Source: an uncultured Candidatus Saccharibacteria bacterium (GTDB lineage Bacteria; Patescibacteriota; Dojkabacteria; J137). From it: a DNA stretch of 64,000 nucleotides. The number at the start of each line of letters is the position of its first letter. Position 1 is the stretch's first letter. Below are positions 1-9,400 of the stretch, one piece after another. The stretch covers positions 637,009 through 701,008 of the forward strand of contig OZ246402.1 of assembly GCA_965230975.1 (NCBI GenBank), given 5' to 3'. Below the pieces are notes generated by a model. It searched no databases, was not told the DNA's origin, and saw only the letters and a program-made list of their open reading frames with translations. Made by a program: the position numbers and the translations under genes.

Positions 1-628
1 AAATATCAATCTCTATTGTTTTTAGAATTTCTTTTGACCATACTATCTTTTTATCCAGAATTGTTTTGAACTGATAGTATTCAAGGAAGAGTATGGAATT
101 TAATAAATTAAAGTAATTAATTTTACTTAGAAAATAGTTTTTAGAATCTACATTTTTCAATCCTACATCAATTGCATTTAATAGTATTAACAAGTAATTC
201 TTTAGATTATCAATCGCCCCTAGAAATAAAATAATATTTTCAGTTTCATCTATATTATTAAGTGCATTAACAAGCTCATTTAGTTCAGCAATTATAAGGT
301 CGCATTTTTCTGCTAGTGAAATACTAGTTAATAAACCTGGGTAATAATTTAGTCCTCGCAATAGTACCTTTGTCTTAGTCTGAACAATCCTATATTTATT
401 AGTTGAGAAATATATACCTAGAGGAGTTAGGTTTGATTTATTTTTAAAAGTATTCAAAGGTAATTGATAAGCACCTGTTGTATGAATTGATTTTTTTATT
501 AAATCAAAGTTTTTATCTAGGGTAAGAATATTATCTTCTATTAAAGAATATCTATGTGCATATGTTTCCCAATTACCTTGAATAAGCCTACTGGGCAAAT
601 TCACAGTATGTCCTAATATGTTTTTCAT
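1..628 (-). CDS. Hypothetical protein, 3' end runs off the window
   Basis: ATG at 628 (MKNILGHTVNLPSRL...); frame read by eye stays open to position 1; not in the ORF track. Confidence 0.7.
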   Translation of the reverse strand, partial: MKNILGHTVNLPSRLIQGNWETYAHRYSLIEDNILTLDKNFDLIKKSIHTTGAYQLPLNTFKNKSNLTPLGIYFSTNKYRIVQTKTKVLLRGLNYYPGLLTSISLAEKCDLIIAELNELVNALNNIDETENIILFLGAIDNLKNYLLILLNAIDVGLKNVDSKNYFLSKINYFNLLNSILFLEYYQFKTILDKKIVWSKEILKTIEIDI

Positions 629-747
629 AGATTTAGTATAAGAAGTCGATGCTTTATATCACAATACAGTCAAGGTTGCATTGTATCGCAATACAATTTT
701 TAATAATTTGAAGATTATACAAAGAATGTATAAGAAATAGAAGCTAA

Positions 748-1299
748 TTATCGAAATTTTCCAAGCCCAGTAGTGTTCTCTCCTTCATCAAGTTCGTCCT
801 CGTCATCTGATATCATTTCCGGATCCATTTCACCAGTGAACATTGGATCAAGTCCGTAAGCCAATTTTAGATCAATTGGTAGATTATAGTTTGCTATCCA
901 GACTCTACGATCATATTTCTCAATACGAATAGGTCTTGCCAGAGCCTCTGGTTCTGTAAGTTCAAAAAGTGTTATGTATCTTTTCCCCGAAACTCGTTCG
1001 AACATCCTTCTAGCGTGCTCTTCATCATCAAGTCCAACTCTATCTTGAATTGTCAATAAAATATCAAGAATCTGCATAGGGTTGGATATCTCATGATATG
1101 TAACTTTAGGGATTAAAATTCTACCAACTACTGGACCACCCGACTCCTTTACGTATAACATATCACCATCCTTGATGGCATTATAGGGTGCTATCCGTCT
1201 ATCGCTCAGTTTAATATCAATTGTTTTCTCACCATTAAACATCATGTTGATATAGTCTTTATTTCCACGTTTTCTGCTATAAATTCCTAAATGATTCAT
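748..1299 (-). CDS. ASCH/PUA-like domain protein
   Basis: N-terminal 'YINMMFNGEKTIDIK...IKDGDMLYVKESGGPVVG' resembles the ASCH GxKxxExR region. Confidence 0.7.
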   Translation of the reverse strand: MNHLGIYSRKRGNKDYINMMFNGEKTIDIKLSDRRIAPYNAIKDGDMLYVKESGGPVVGRILIPKVTYHEISNPMQILDILLTIQDRVGLDDEEHARRMFERVSGKRYITLFELTEPEALARPIRIEKYDRRVWIANYNLPIDLKLAYGLDPMFTGEMDPEMISDDEDELDEGENTTGLGKFR

Positions 1300-1325
1300 A
1301 AAATGATCTACCTGTTATATAATTA

Positions 1326-1850
1326 TTGCAATGTAAATTATATTCTATGGACGATTCATTTGAAAGTACAATTGAATTTATCAAGACGGAGAAACTGAAA
1401 GGTAACAGTGTGGTATTGATGAAAGGTGTTTTTGATTTAATACATTCTGATCACATTAAATGCTTTGAGTTACTTAAGCAGAATGCGGATATTCTCGTTG
1501 TCCTAATTATTGGAAATAAAGCTACAGCTAAAATCAAGCCAGGTAGACCAATACAAGATGAACAATCACGGATGAAAATTATCTCTAGTCTTAAGGCTGT
1601 AGATTTCTGCACGCTTGATTATGATTCGACTGACCCGTTAACAGGAGAATATTCGAAAGATGTCGACATTCATAAGTTAAGACAACTTAATCCTGATATA
1701 TGGGCTGTTTCGCAAGGTCGCAAAGCGAAGTTTGAAAACTATGATTTGGGTGATATCAAGATTATAGAAGTTCCAGAAGGGCAGGATCATTCTACTACAA
1801 AGATTATCGAGAAGATTTTAGAAGTATACTCAAATCAACAAAAATCTTAA
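1326..1850 (+). CDS. RfaE domain II-like adenylyl/cytidylyltransferase (likely start ATG 1347)
   Basis: GVFDLIHSDH (HxGH-like), KPGRPI, R..IISSLKAVD, STTKIIEKI. Confidence 0.8.
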   Translation: MQCKLYSMDDSFESTIEFIKTEKLKGNSVVLMKGVFDLIHSDHIKCFELLKQNADILVVLIIGNKATAKIKPGRPIQDEQSRMKIISSLKAVDFCTLDYDSTDPLTGEYSKDVDIHKLRQLNPDIWAVSQGRKAKFENYDLGDIKIIEVPEGQDHSTTKIIEKILEVYSNQQKS

Positions 1851-2777
1851 TTCATCTTTTAATATCGCAACAGAAGACACAAATCTTGGGTCTTCCATGT
1901 CAATATCATTATCTTGATAGTAGGCTAATAACTGGATTTCTCTAATAACAGAAAAGAGACTAACTTGCTGAGCAAATTCTCCTAGTTTTATATTAAGTAG
2001 CTTTGAAAGTTTTTGCTCATGACGTTCATAGAGACCTAACTTATCTGCTTCCCTTAGAAGCTTTTTGAACTGTGCAAAATCTATAAATCCTAAAGACTTG
2101 ACTGCATTAGCCCAGTCGATTACATAAATAGAATTGTCGCTACTAATGATATTCTGCAACTCTAAATCTGCATGTTCCAAAACAATAGGTAATGATAGTT
2201 TATATGCATCCAATAATCTATTTTTTATTGAATTCCTATTTTTGAATGCGACATGAATAGCTTCTATATTTGAAAATTCCACAGATTTACCAATTTTCGA
2301 AATAGGATTCAGAAACATCCAGTCAATATTTTTTTGAATATCGATTTTTTGCCCTTCAAATAAAGTTTTAAAGTGTAGATATTTATCAGTTAGCCAATTT
2401 TTAAGCTGGTCGAAATCGATATCCTTACTATTAGTATTAATCCAACTTAAGATAAGGATGCCTTCCGATTTATCGGCAAAAATTAATTTTGGAGTGCCTA
2501 ATGCAGATGCAATTAGATACTTCTCATAAATATCTATCTCTCTTGCCTGCCATTGTTCTGGATTAAATACTTTTACAGCATATGTAACTTCATTTTTAGG
2601 TAGCTCGACTTTGTAGACGTCAGAAGCCTTACCCTGAGGCATATAAGTTATGACAGGTTGTTCCTTTTTCAGCCTAATTGGGAACTGCGCACTAAATAAA
2701 ATGCTTTCAATTTTAGCTAGCTGTTTCACTTCAATTTTTATCATATTTACTAACAATTCGATCAATGGGTTTAACAC
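1830..2777 (-). CDS. APH/choline-kinase family phosphotransferase
   Basis: GKASDVYK, YAVKVF, HADLELQNII (Brenner motif), VIDW. Confidence 0.8.
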   Translation of the reverse strand: MLNPLIELLVNMIKIEVKQLAKIESILFSAQFPIRLKKEQPVITYMPQGKASDVYKVELPKNEVTYAVKVFNPEQWQAREIDIYEKYLIASALGTPKLIFADKSEGILILSWINTNSKDIDFDQLKNWLTDKYLHFKTLFEGQKIDIQKNIDWMFLNPISKIGKSVEFSNIEAIHVAFKNRNSIKNRLLDAYKLSLPIVLEHADLELQNIISSDNSIYVIDWANAVKSLGFIDFAQFKKLLREADKLGLYERHEQKLSKLLNIKLGEFAQQVSLFSVIREIQLLAYYQDNDIDMEDPRFVSSVAILKDELRFLLI

Positions 2778-3570
2778 CTTGCTTATCGTATTCCTGATAC
2801 TTTTTGATTAGATCAGAATGCCAATTCCTATTTGTCCACTCAGAGTAATCTTTATATTTATCATCCAGTCTTTTAAGGTTGGTGACAATTGACTCATAAG
2901 TAGCATCATTACAAATACCCATTTCCCCATATAGACGTGTGTAGTTAATCAGCACTAAGGGTAAATAACTGAAACCTTCTGGATATACTTTTGCGAGTTG
3001 TAGACTGTAATCGTAGTCTTCATAAAGAGTTAGCGACTCATCCCAGCCTTCAATTAACTTGGTTGCTTCCGCTATATGTATTAAACCATTTGGATCGCCT
3101 TCAAATTCATGACTCCAAAGATCCGCAATGGTGGGATATGGAGACTTTGTACTTTCTTCTTTATACGTTCTAAACTCCCCGTCCACTAAGTGTAATAATC
3201 TAAAATTCAGCGCTGGATAGAGAAACTTGATTTCTTTATTAGATGAAAATTTTTCCAGTGAACTTTCAAGCCAAGTAGAATACGCAGTATTATCACTATC
3301 CAGATAAGCTATGTAGTCTCCGCTTGCTAGTTGATATCCCTGCTTACGTGCTCCTGCTGGACTGTGAGCAAATTGATTTTTAACATATTTAATTCTGTGA
3401 TCAGCCCTAAACTCTCGCATTAGCTTTTCTGTATCATCCGTTGAACGATCATCAACAACTACTAATTCCCAATTACTGTGTGTTTGACTTTGAATGCTTA
3501 AGATTGCCTTCCAAAGTACGTAGGCTCTGTTGTATGTTGGCATTACTATCGATACTTTTTTATCTTTCAT
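2731..3570 (-). CDS. Glycosyltransferase family 2
   Basis: VSIVMPTYNR, ELVVVDDRSTD, YIAYLDSD, EDYDY. Confidence 0.92.
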   Translation of the reverse strand: MKDKKVSIVMPTYNRAYVLWKAILSIQSQTHSNWELVVVDDRSTDDTEKLMREFRADHRIKYVKNQFAHSPAGARKQGYQLASGDYIAYLDSDNTAYSTWLESSLEKFSSNKEIKFLYPALNFRLLHLVDGEFRTYKEESTKSPYPTIADLWSHEFEGDPNGLIHIAEATKLIEGWDESLTLYEDYDYSLQLAKVYPEGFSYLPLVLINYTRLYGEMGICNDATYESIVTNLKRLDDKYKDYSEWTNRNWHSDLIKKYQEYDKQGVKPIDRIVSKYDKN

Positions 3571-3648
3571 TTGTAAACTATAAGATCTATATAAGTGATT
3601 ATACCTTGAAGACCAAGATTAATCGCAAAATTTAACGTGCTCTAAATA

Positions 3649-4158
3649 CTATAAAATTCTTTCGAATTTGCGAGATGTTGTATCAGGCCAATAAATGTAA
3701 ACCTCTTTAAAGTAATCACTAGATAAAAACTCATTCTCGAATTCTTTACTAATTCGGTCTAAGGTGGAATCAGTAAAAAGAGGATCATAAATCCATAAAA
3801 TCAATATTCCTTTTCCATATTGATCTAAGGCATTTGTATAAGATTTCTTATTTATCTTTCTCTCTACTCCTTCAACAGTAGAATACGAAATCATTTTGTC
3901 TGGTTCAATTATAACTTCTTGGGGGCGTTGATAATCTCCTCCAGTTGCAAATGAGTACACATCTCTTGCTTCTTCTTCGCTCCTAAATACATCAGTTATT
4001 TCTATCCATTCAAGCAACTCCTTATTAGATTTTAGAATTGCATCAGGTGGATCTGGAGTTTCGTGCACTGAATAAATATTTGAATCTGAACTTATATGTT
4101 TTGCAAAATCCGTTGCTACAGCTAGTTCGTGTAGCCTTTTAACTTCTTGTGTTGTCAT
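3649..4158 (-). CDS. Putative PD-(D/E)XK-fold nuclease-like protein
   Basis: ETPDPPDAIL...WIEIT pattern. Confidence 0.5.
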   Translation of the reverse strand: MTTQEVKRLHELAVATDFAKHISSDSNIYSVHETPDPPDAILKSNKELLEWIEITDVFRSEEEARDVYSFATGGDYQRPQEVIIEPDKMISYSTVEGVERKINKKSYTNALDQYGKGILILWIYDPLFTDSTLDRISKEFENEFLSSDYFKEVYIYWPDTTSRKFERIL

Positions 4159-4164
4159 GACTAA

Positions 4165-5007
4165 TTATATCAATGTAAATTGAATTGTATTCGATAATCC
4201 ACGTTGTGTTGCTTGTACATTTATTAAGCCTTTTAGAGCATTTACATAATTAATTAGAAAAGAATAATAGGAGTCTACATAGTTAACATAAAAACTATCC
4301 ATCAAGTTTTCCTCAATTATATCTAAATCTTTATAGTTAGCTCTAATACGATACCAGTAGATTAATTCAAATATATTAATTGGGTTTCTATCTAAACTAG
4401 CTCGTTTCTCCCGATCTATTCTTGTTCTAATAGCTCCGCCCTTACAATTTCTTCTTAAATCTTCTGTCTTATATCTATGAATAATCTTAAGTATTTGTAT
4501 ACATCGCTGATCATGATTATTTGTAAGATTACTCAAATTAGCACCAGCTGGAATACTAATTGTCTTTAAACTAACTCCACTTTCCGTCCAATTAAAATAT
4601 GGTTGAGTAAAGCTAATTTCACCGCTTTTTATTAGCTGGGTTATAGCTTTTAATGATCCAATATGTGAAGCATTCAGATTTGTTAGGTTACCTGAATCTA
4701 AATATTGGATTAGGCACATCAAATGATAGATCGTATAGTAACCTTTAACCGGTAGCCAAATACTTAATAGTTTTGCGTATGCATTGTTTGTATGTGCCAT
4801 ATTAACCTCCATTTCTATGCTTTCTAATGTCAAATTAGCTAGTCCTAATTTATTATTAAGAGCTCGACTTGCAGACAGTTGGCTTCTATAAGTCTTATTT
4901 AAATTACAGCTTAACTGACTTGAAATTGCACTTAAAAATTCCAAATAGTTTTGATGGGTTGTAAAATCTTGTGAAGGTTGGAAATTAAAATTTGCAGGTA
5001 ATGGCAT
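4165..5007 (-). CDS. Putative HEPN-like protein
   Basis: YYTIYH helix and RIRANY (Rx4Y variant of the Rx4-6H motif). Confidence 0.5.
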   Translation of the reverse strand: MPLPANFNFQPSQDFTTHQNYLEFLSAISSQLSCNLNKTYRSQLSASRALNNKLGLANLTLESIEMEVNMAHTNNAYAKLLSIWLPVKGYYTIYHLMCLIQYLDSGNLTNLNASHIGSLKAITQLIKSGEISFTQPYFNWTESGVSLKTISIPAGANLSNLTNNHDQRCIQILKIIHRYKTEDLRRNCKGGAIRTRIDREKRASLDRNPINIFELIYWYRIRANYKDLDIIEENLMDSFYVNYVDSYYSFLINYVNALKGLINVQATQRGLSNTIQFTLI

Positions 5008-5066
5008 ATTTAGGAATTTATGTATATGCCTTGGATTATAACTCCACTAGATGATTTAAGACTAAT

Positions 5067-6692
5067 TTATAACAACATCTCAGCTCCATCCTTATCAACA
5101 AATTTCCACTTCTTATTACTACCAGAAGTCTTCTTATGCTTCTTAAAGAATTTTTTATTATCTTCAACCATATAAACTGTAAAGTAAGTCTTACCTTCTG
5201 AATCTTTTAATTCACGTCCAATAAGTTCACCATTTCGTTGCATTTTTCTAACTGTAGCAGAATGTATTCCAAACTCACTTTTAAATTGCCAACTTGCAAT
5301 CCAAAGATCATGGTTTTTAATAATTTCAGCTGGTATTACTCTTTCTTTTACATTTCTTCTACAATCAACACATTGAATACCATCTAAAGTCCACCAAGAT
5401 TCACTGGCTTTAAGACCTCTAGAGCAAAGATTGCATGAATAACCAGATTCTCGATCTTCTAAAAAGAAACCTTCAGGTTCCTTTTCTAATCTTTTCTTTC
5501 TTAACCTCTCAGTTATTTCTACCTTAGCAAATAATCTTGCTATTTCTGCGGTATTTGAATATTTAGAAAGTTTCTCGGGATCTAATTCTGCTTTAGGTTC
5601 TTCTTTCTTTTTACCAAACAATTCGTGCAAATCTTCATCTCTTTCATATCCTTTTAATCGTCCTGAAATATATCCTAATCTATATGAAGTACCCTCTGGT
5701 GCAAGTCTCCAGTTTGTTATCTCTAAAGCTTCTTTAATTATTTTTTCTAATTCTTTAGTACTATCTTTGGTGTTTCTATTTGTATCATTATCTTGAACAG
5801 AGAATGGGACTATGACGAATCGAGTAATTTCAGGTTTATCTAAAGCTAATCTTTTAAATTTATATTTAACTAGCTTTTTATTAAGTAACTTTTCAAGCTC
5901 AATAATGGTTAGCTTTTCTACATTAAAGGTTTTTTCATAAACAGGATCTTGATGTTTTTGAAGTTCATATTCATATACTTCATTCATAAACTTTAGTTGT
6001 TCAAATCCATCTAGTAACTCCTCGCCTTTTTCTTTTGATAAACAAAACTCAGGTCTATATTTTTCAAGTAATTCTTTCTCTTTTTGTTTTTTCTGCACTC
6101 TTTCTTCTTCATCTTTTTTAAAGTCATTAACTTCTACATCCTTATAACTACATGAAGTACATTTTATTGTAGTAGTAACTATATCACCCTTTCGTTTATA
6201 ACTATGTTTAACTTCTGACTTACATTTTGGACAAAGATCGGGCTCATGTACCCATTCTGTTCAATCTTCAAAGATATGTTTTCTTTCTTTACATACAGGA
6301 CATTCAAGGAAGAACAACACTTTCTGAGGTTTAGTATCATGCCAATCAAGTGTTTTTAATTTTACTGTCATTAACTTCTTACAAGTAGTGCATTTGATAG
6401 CTGGTGCAGGAGTATTATCATATTTATCTTGTTTCTGTTTATCCTCATTCATCCATTCATTGATTTCAGATTCTCGATTCTTGTACCTATGGAGCTTAAT
6501 ACTTAGAAGTTGTTGATTAAGGACATAATTCCAGCCTTTATTAATTTCTTCTATTGGAGTATTTTTGATTTCAGGAGATTTGAGTGAATCTTTAGCAACT
6601 TTGTTTATAAATTCGGCTTTATCGAGGCAAAGTTCAATAGTTAGTAAGTCGTAACGATCTTCATAGTATTGTTCATCTTGAAGATATTTCAT
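5067..6692 (-). pseudogene. About 541-aa multi Zn-ribbon protein interrupted by one in-frame TGA at 6261-6263
   Basis: ORFs 6261..6692 and 5067..6098 are in the same frame; the 54 codons between are open (TEWVHEPDLCPKC...CTSC); six CxxC pairs in total. Confidence 0.8.
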
Positions 6693-6704
6693 TAGATTTA
6701 ATAA

Positions 6705-7331
6705 TTATGCTTTAAAATCTTTGATAATCTGTATTACCTTTCCACAAATGGTGAATTTATATTGATCTTCTATATCTATGAATATAGGAGCATAGAATTT
6801 AGTGCTTTGAGATACTAGAGCAATCCTCTGATTATCTTCGTCAGTATAAATTTTTTTTATACAAGCACACCCGTCAATTATTGATACGACACAATCTCCA
6901 CTTTGAGGTGAAGTATTGGTACTATCAATGATTGCAAAATCTCCACTTTCTAGGTGTTTCCCATCGATCTTGAATTTGTTCATTGAATCTCCTATGGCTC
7001 TTATAGCAAATATTCCTCTCTTTTTTTTGATAATATTTTTGGAAACTTTTAATGAATCTGATATTGTGTCGCTAGCTAATAAGGTAGGTACTCCACAATT
7101 TGCCTCACCAAGTATAGGTATGTCTATAATTTCGTTATACGATTTTAAATCTTGGAAGATAGGTATATCTTTTTGAATAAATCCCTTTTTTTTGACCTGT
7201 TCAAGATGGTATTTTACTGTTTGCGGGTGTGAAACACCAATCAGTTTGCCCAATTTTCTTAAACTAATCTTTTCAATATCATATATTTTAGATATCTCTA
7301 CTATTTTATTCTGTGTATTATTGAAATTCAT
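6705..7331 (-). CDS. LexA-like repressor (wHTH + S24 peptidase)
   Basis: SLRKLGKLIGVSHPQTVKYHL, IPILGEANCG (cleavage site region), GDSM, CIKK. Confidence 0.9.
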   Translation of the reverse strand: MNFNNTQNKIVEISKIYDIEKISLRKLGKLIGVSHPQTVKYHLEQVKKKGFIQKDIPIFQDLKSYNEIIDIPILGEANCGVPTLLASDTISDSLKVSKNIIKKKRGIFAIRAIGDSMNKFKIDGKHLESGDFAIIDSTNTSPQSGDCVVSIIDGCACIKKIYTDEDNQRIALVSQSTKFYAPIFIDIEDQYKFTICGKVIQIIKDFKA

Positions 7332-7362
7332 AAATAATTATATCACTATAATATACATTCAA

Positions 7363-7375
7363 TCAATACTATTGA
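7363..7375. promoter_or_regulatory. Palindrome TCAATA-C-TATTGA, candidate repressor operator
   Basis: Perfect 6-1-6 inverted repeat about 30 bp upstream of the LexA-like start. Confidence 0.4.
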
Positions 7376-7450
7376 CTTATTGACGAATCCGTAACATTTA
7401 CCTATTGTTTTTAGTTATGGATTATTTTATAATCTTTTCAATCTGAGGGC

Positions 7451-7480
7451 AAATAAAAAGCCCCACGCAAAGCATGAGGC
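7451..7480 (-). terminator. Intrinsic terminator-like hairpin on the minus strand
   Basis: Minus strand reads GCCTCATGC-TTT-GCGTGGGGC-TTTTTATTT. Confidence 0.5.
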
Positions 7481-7554
7481 AGTTTAGACAACTCCATTAT
7501 GAATTAAAATTCCAGGCTTTGCAAGATAAAAATTTTATTTATTAGGATATTTAT

Positions 7555-7734
7555 ATGTTCTATTTTGAGCTATACCTGGACAGAATAAATCAATGGAGAT
7601 GGAGGATCAAAAGTAGCGGTAATTATAAAACATTGGCTGATAGTGGAGAAAGTTATTACAACAAAGCTGATGCTATATATGCTATTAATTTGATAAAAAA
7701 CAATGCATTCTCTGCAATAATAATTGGTACATGA
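7555..7734 (+). CDS. YegP/DUF1508 family small protein (59 aa)
   Basis: Translated by eye: MFYFELYLDRINQWRWRIKSSGNYKTLADSGESYYNKADAIYAINLIK...; AGGA upstream; terminator downstream. Confidence 0.88.
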   Translation: MFYFELYLDRINQWRWRIKSSGNYKTLADSGESYYNKADAIYAINLIKNNAFSAIIIGT

Positions 7735-7739
7735 CTACA

Positions 7740-7764
7740 GGAGCTCGATATAGAGCTCCTTTTT
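7740..7764 (+). terminator. Rho-independent terminator
   Basis: GGAGCTC-GATATA-GAGCTCC-TTTTT. Confidence 0.8.
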
Positions 7765-7779
7765 AATTTTTATAAGTAA

Positions 7780-8322
7780 TTGATGAAGACAATAGAACAA
7801 ACAATAAATATTGCGGGTATAATTTTTACAATAAAGGACGTGATCCTAATAATCCCCTTCTTATTGACAGTCGTTGGCGCTATATATTTAGCAATTAAAA
7901 CGAATATTAGATTCTCACAAAATCTAAAGCGTCCGGTTCTTTTTTTAAGTTTAGACACTGATAAAACCTGTGACTTAACTTTAGAAAAGGAAATAATCAA
8001 AAAAGCAAAATTTAAGATGACGTATGAGGCAGTACAAAATATTAGGAAATTTGAAAGTGGTGAACTTCAGGAATACTCCTGTTTAATTATTGGTTTTCAA
8101 AAAGATAAAAGTAGTTTTGAAGAACTAATTAAGGTCCTTTCACTAGTAAAATCAAATCAAAACATCCCCGTAATTATATATACTTTTGGAACAACTGCAT
8201 TTACTCCTGACCAATACAATAAAATATACGAAACCTATTCATTATATTCGATGGCAAATGTCCCGCTTAGGCTCATATCCGATTTATTTAATATTTTAGC
8301 AATTTATCCCAATGGAAAATAA
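7780..8322 (+). CDS. Single-TM protein with alpha/beta (receiver/Rossmann-like) domain; first gene of CBASS-like operon
   Basis: Hydrophobic VILIIPFLLTVVGAIYLAI, then beta-alpha repeats (PVLFLS, SCLIIGF, IPVIIYT); stop overlaps CD-NTase start. Confidence 0.6.
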   Translation: MMKTIEQTINIAGIIFTIKDVILIIPFLLTVVGAIYLAIKTNIRFSQNLKRPVLFLSLDTDKTCDLTLEKEIIKKAKFKMTYEAVQNIRKFESGELQEYSCLIIGFQKDKSSFEELIKVLSLVKSNQNIPVIIYTFGTTAFTPDQYNKIYETYSLYSMANVPLRLISDLFNILAIYPNGK

Positions 8323-9400
8323 AACAAAGACAAATTTTAGTGAATATATCTCTGGAAAAATAACACCTAAGGAAAAAGAAAGGTCAATAATTTCTGAGCT
8401 TTACACAGAGCTATCAACAATTCTTGCTGACCAATGTTTTCAGACTGGGTCATACGCTAGATTTACTGCAAACACACCAGTGCACGACCTAGATGTTATT
8501 TGGAAATTACCTTCGGAAACTGCTCAAAGAATAAGGACTATGATGGCAAGGGCAATTAATCCTAATGATGTTGATGTTAAGGATATTCTAAACGAACTAA
8601 GAAATAAACTTGAAAGAGAGTATAAAACTTTAAATCGACAGGTTTCATTTGGAGTTCAATCACATTCCGTTACGTTAGATTTCCAAATTCCAATAGAGAA
8701 CGGAGAAATATTTGACATATCTATTGATGTTGTTCCAGGAATAATATTACCTGAGAATGACAAATTTAATGAACCTCTTTTTCTCGTTCCTGAAATAGCG
8801 CTGATGTCCAGATATAAAAGATTGATGAAGTATGAGAGGAAGGATCCCATAAATTGGATTAAATCAGATCCAAAAGGCTACATTGAATATGCCAGGCATA
8901 TGAATAATGAAAATGAACTATTTAGAAAATGTACCAAATTTCTAAAGTCTTGGAAAAACAAACAAAAGTATCTATTTGAAGATTTTAAATTAAAATCTTT
9001 TCATATAGAACTAATTGTGGCGGACTTAATTAGTAAAAAATCACACCAACTTGGTATAGACGTTTTGAAAGAATTCTTTTTAAAATTGCCAGAGTTTTTA
9101 AAGACGCCTCAATTTGTAGATTTTGCATATGAAAATGATAGTTCAAAGTATGTTGACGAATATATTGAAGATGTTCCAGAAAATGTTAAAAATTATATTT
9201 TAGCTAAGAGCCAAGAGGCTTGGGCTAAGATATCGGTGATTCATAGTGATAATGATACCAACATAGGCAGTATCTTTGATGAGATAACTCAAGTAGATGA
9301 GCAAAGTATCGAACCACAAGTAAAGATTAAATCAAATATTCCATATAAGCCATATTCTATTAATAATGAAGATAACCGAACAAGACTTACTTTACCTTAA
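8312..9400 (+). CDS. CD-NTase/SMODS cGAS-like oligonucleotide cyclase
   Basis: FQTGSYARFTANTPVHDLDV (GS..DxD), QSHSV, IDVVPG, SDPK, KFLKSWK, LKSFHIEL. Confidence 0.9.
   Translation: MENKTKTNFSEYISGKITPKEKERSIISELYTELSTILADQCFQTGSYARFTANTPVHDLDVIWKLPSETAQRIRTMMARAINPNDVDVKDILNELRNKLEREYKTLNRQVSFGVQSHSVTLDFQIPIENGEIFDISIDVVPGIILPENDKFNEPLFLVPEIALMSRYKRLMKYERKDPINWIKSDPKGYIEYARHMNNENELFRKCTKFLKSWKNKQKYLFEDFKLKSFHIELIVADLISKKSHQLGIDVLKEFFLKLPEFLKTPQFVDFAYENDSSKYVDEYIEDVPENVKNYILAKSQEAWAKISVIHSDNDTNIGSIFDEITQVDEQSIEPQVKIKSNIPYKPYSINNEDNRTRLTLP

Noticed and set aside
640-3650. Left att repeat of the island
   Set aside because: No copy of the tRNA-Ser 3' end or other clear direct repeat found by eye; boundary left uncertain
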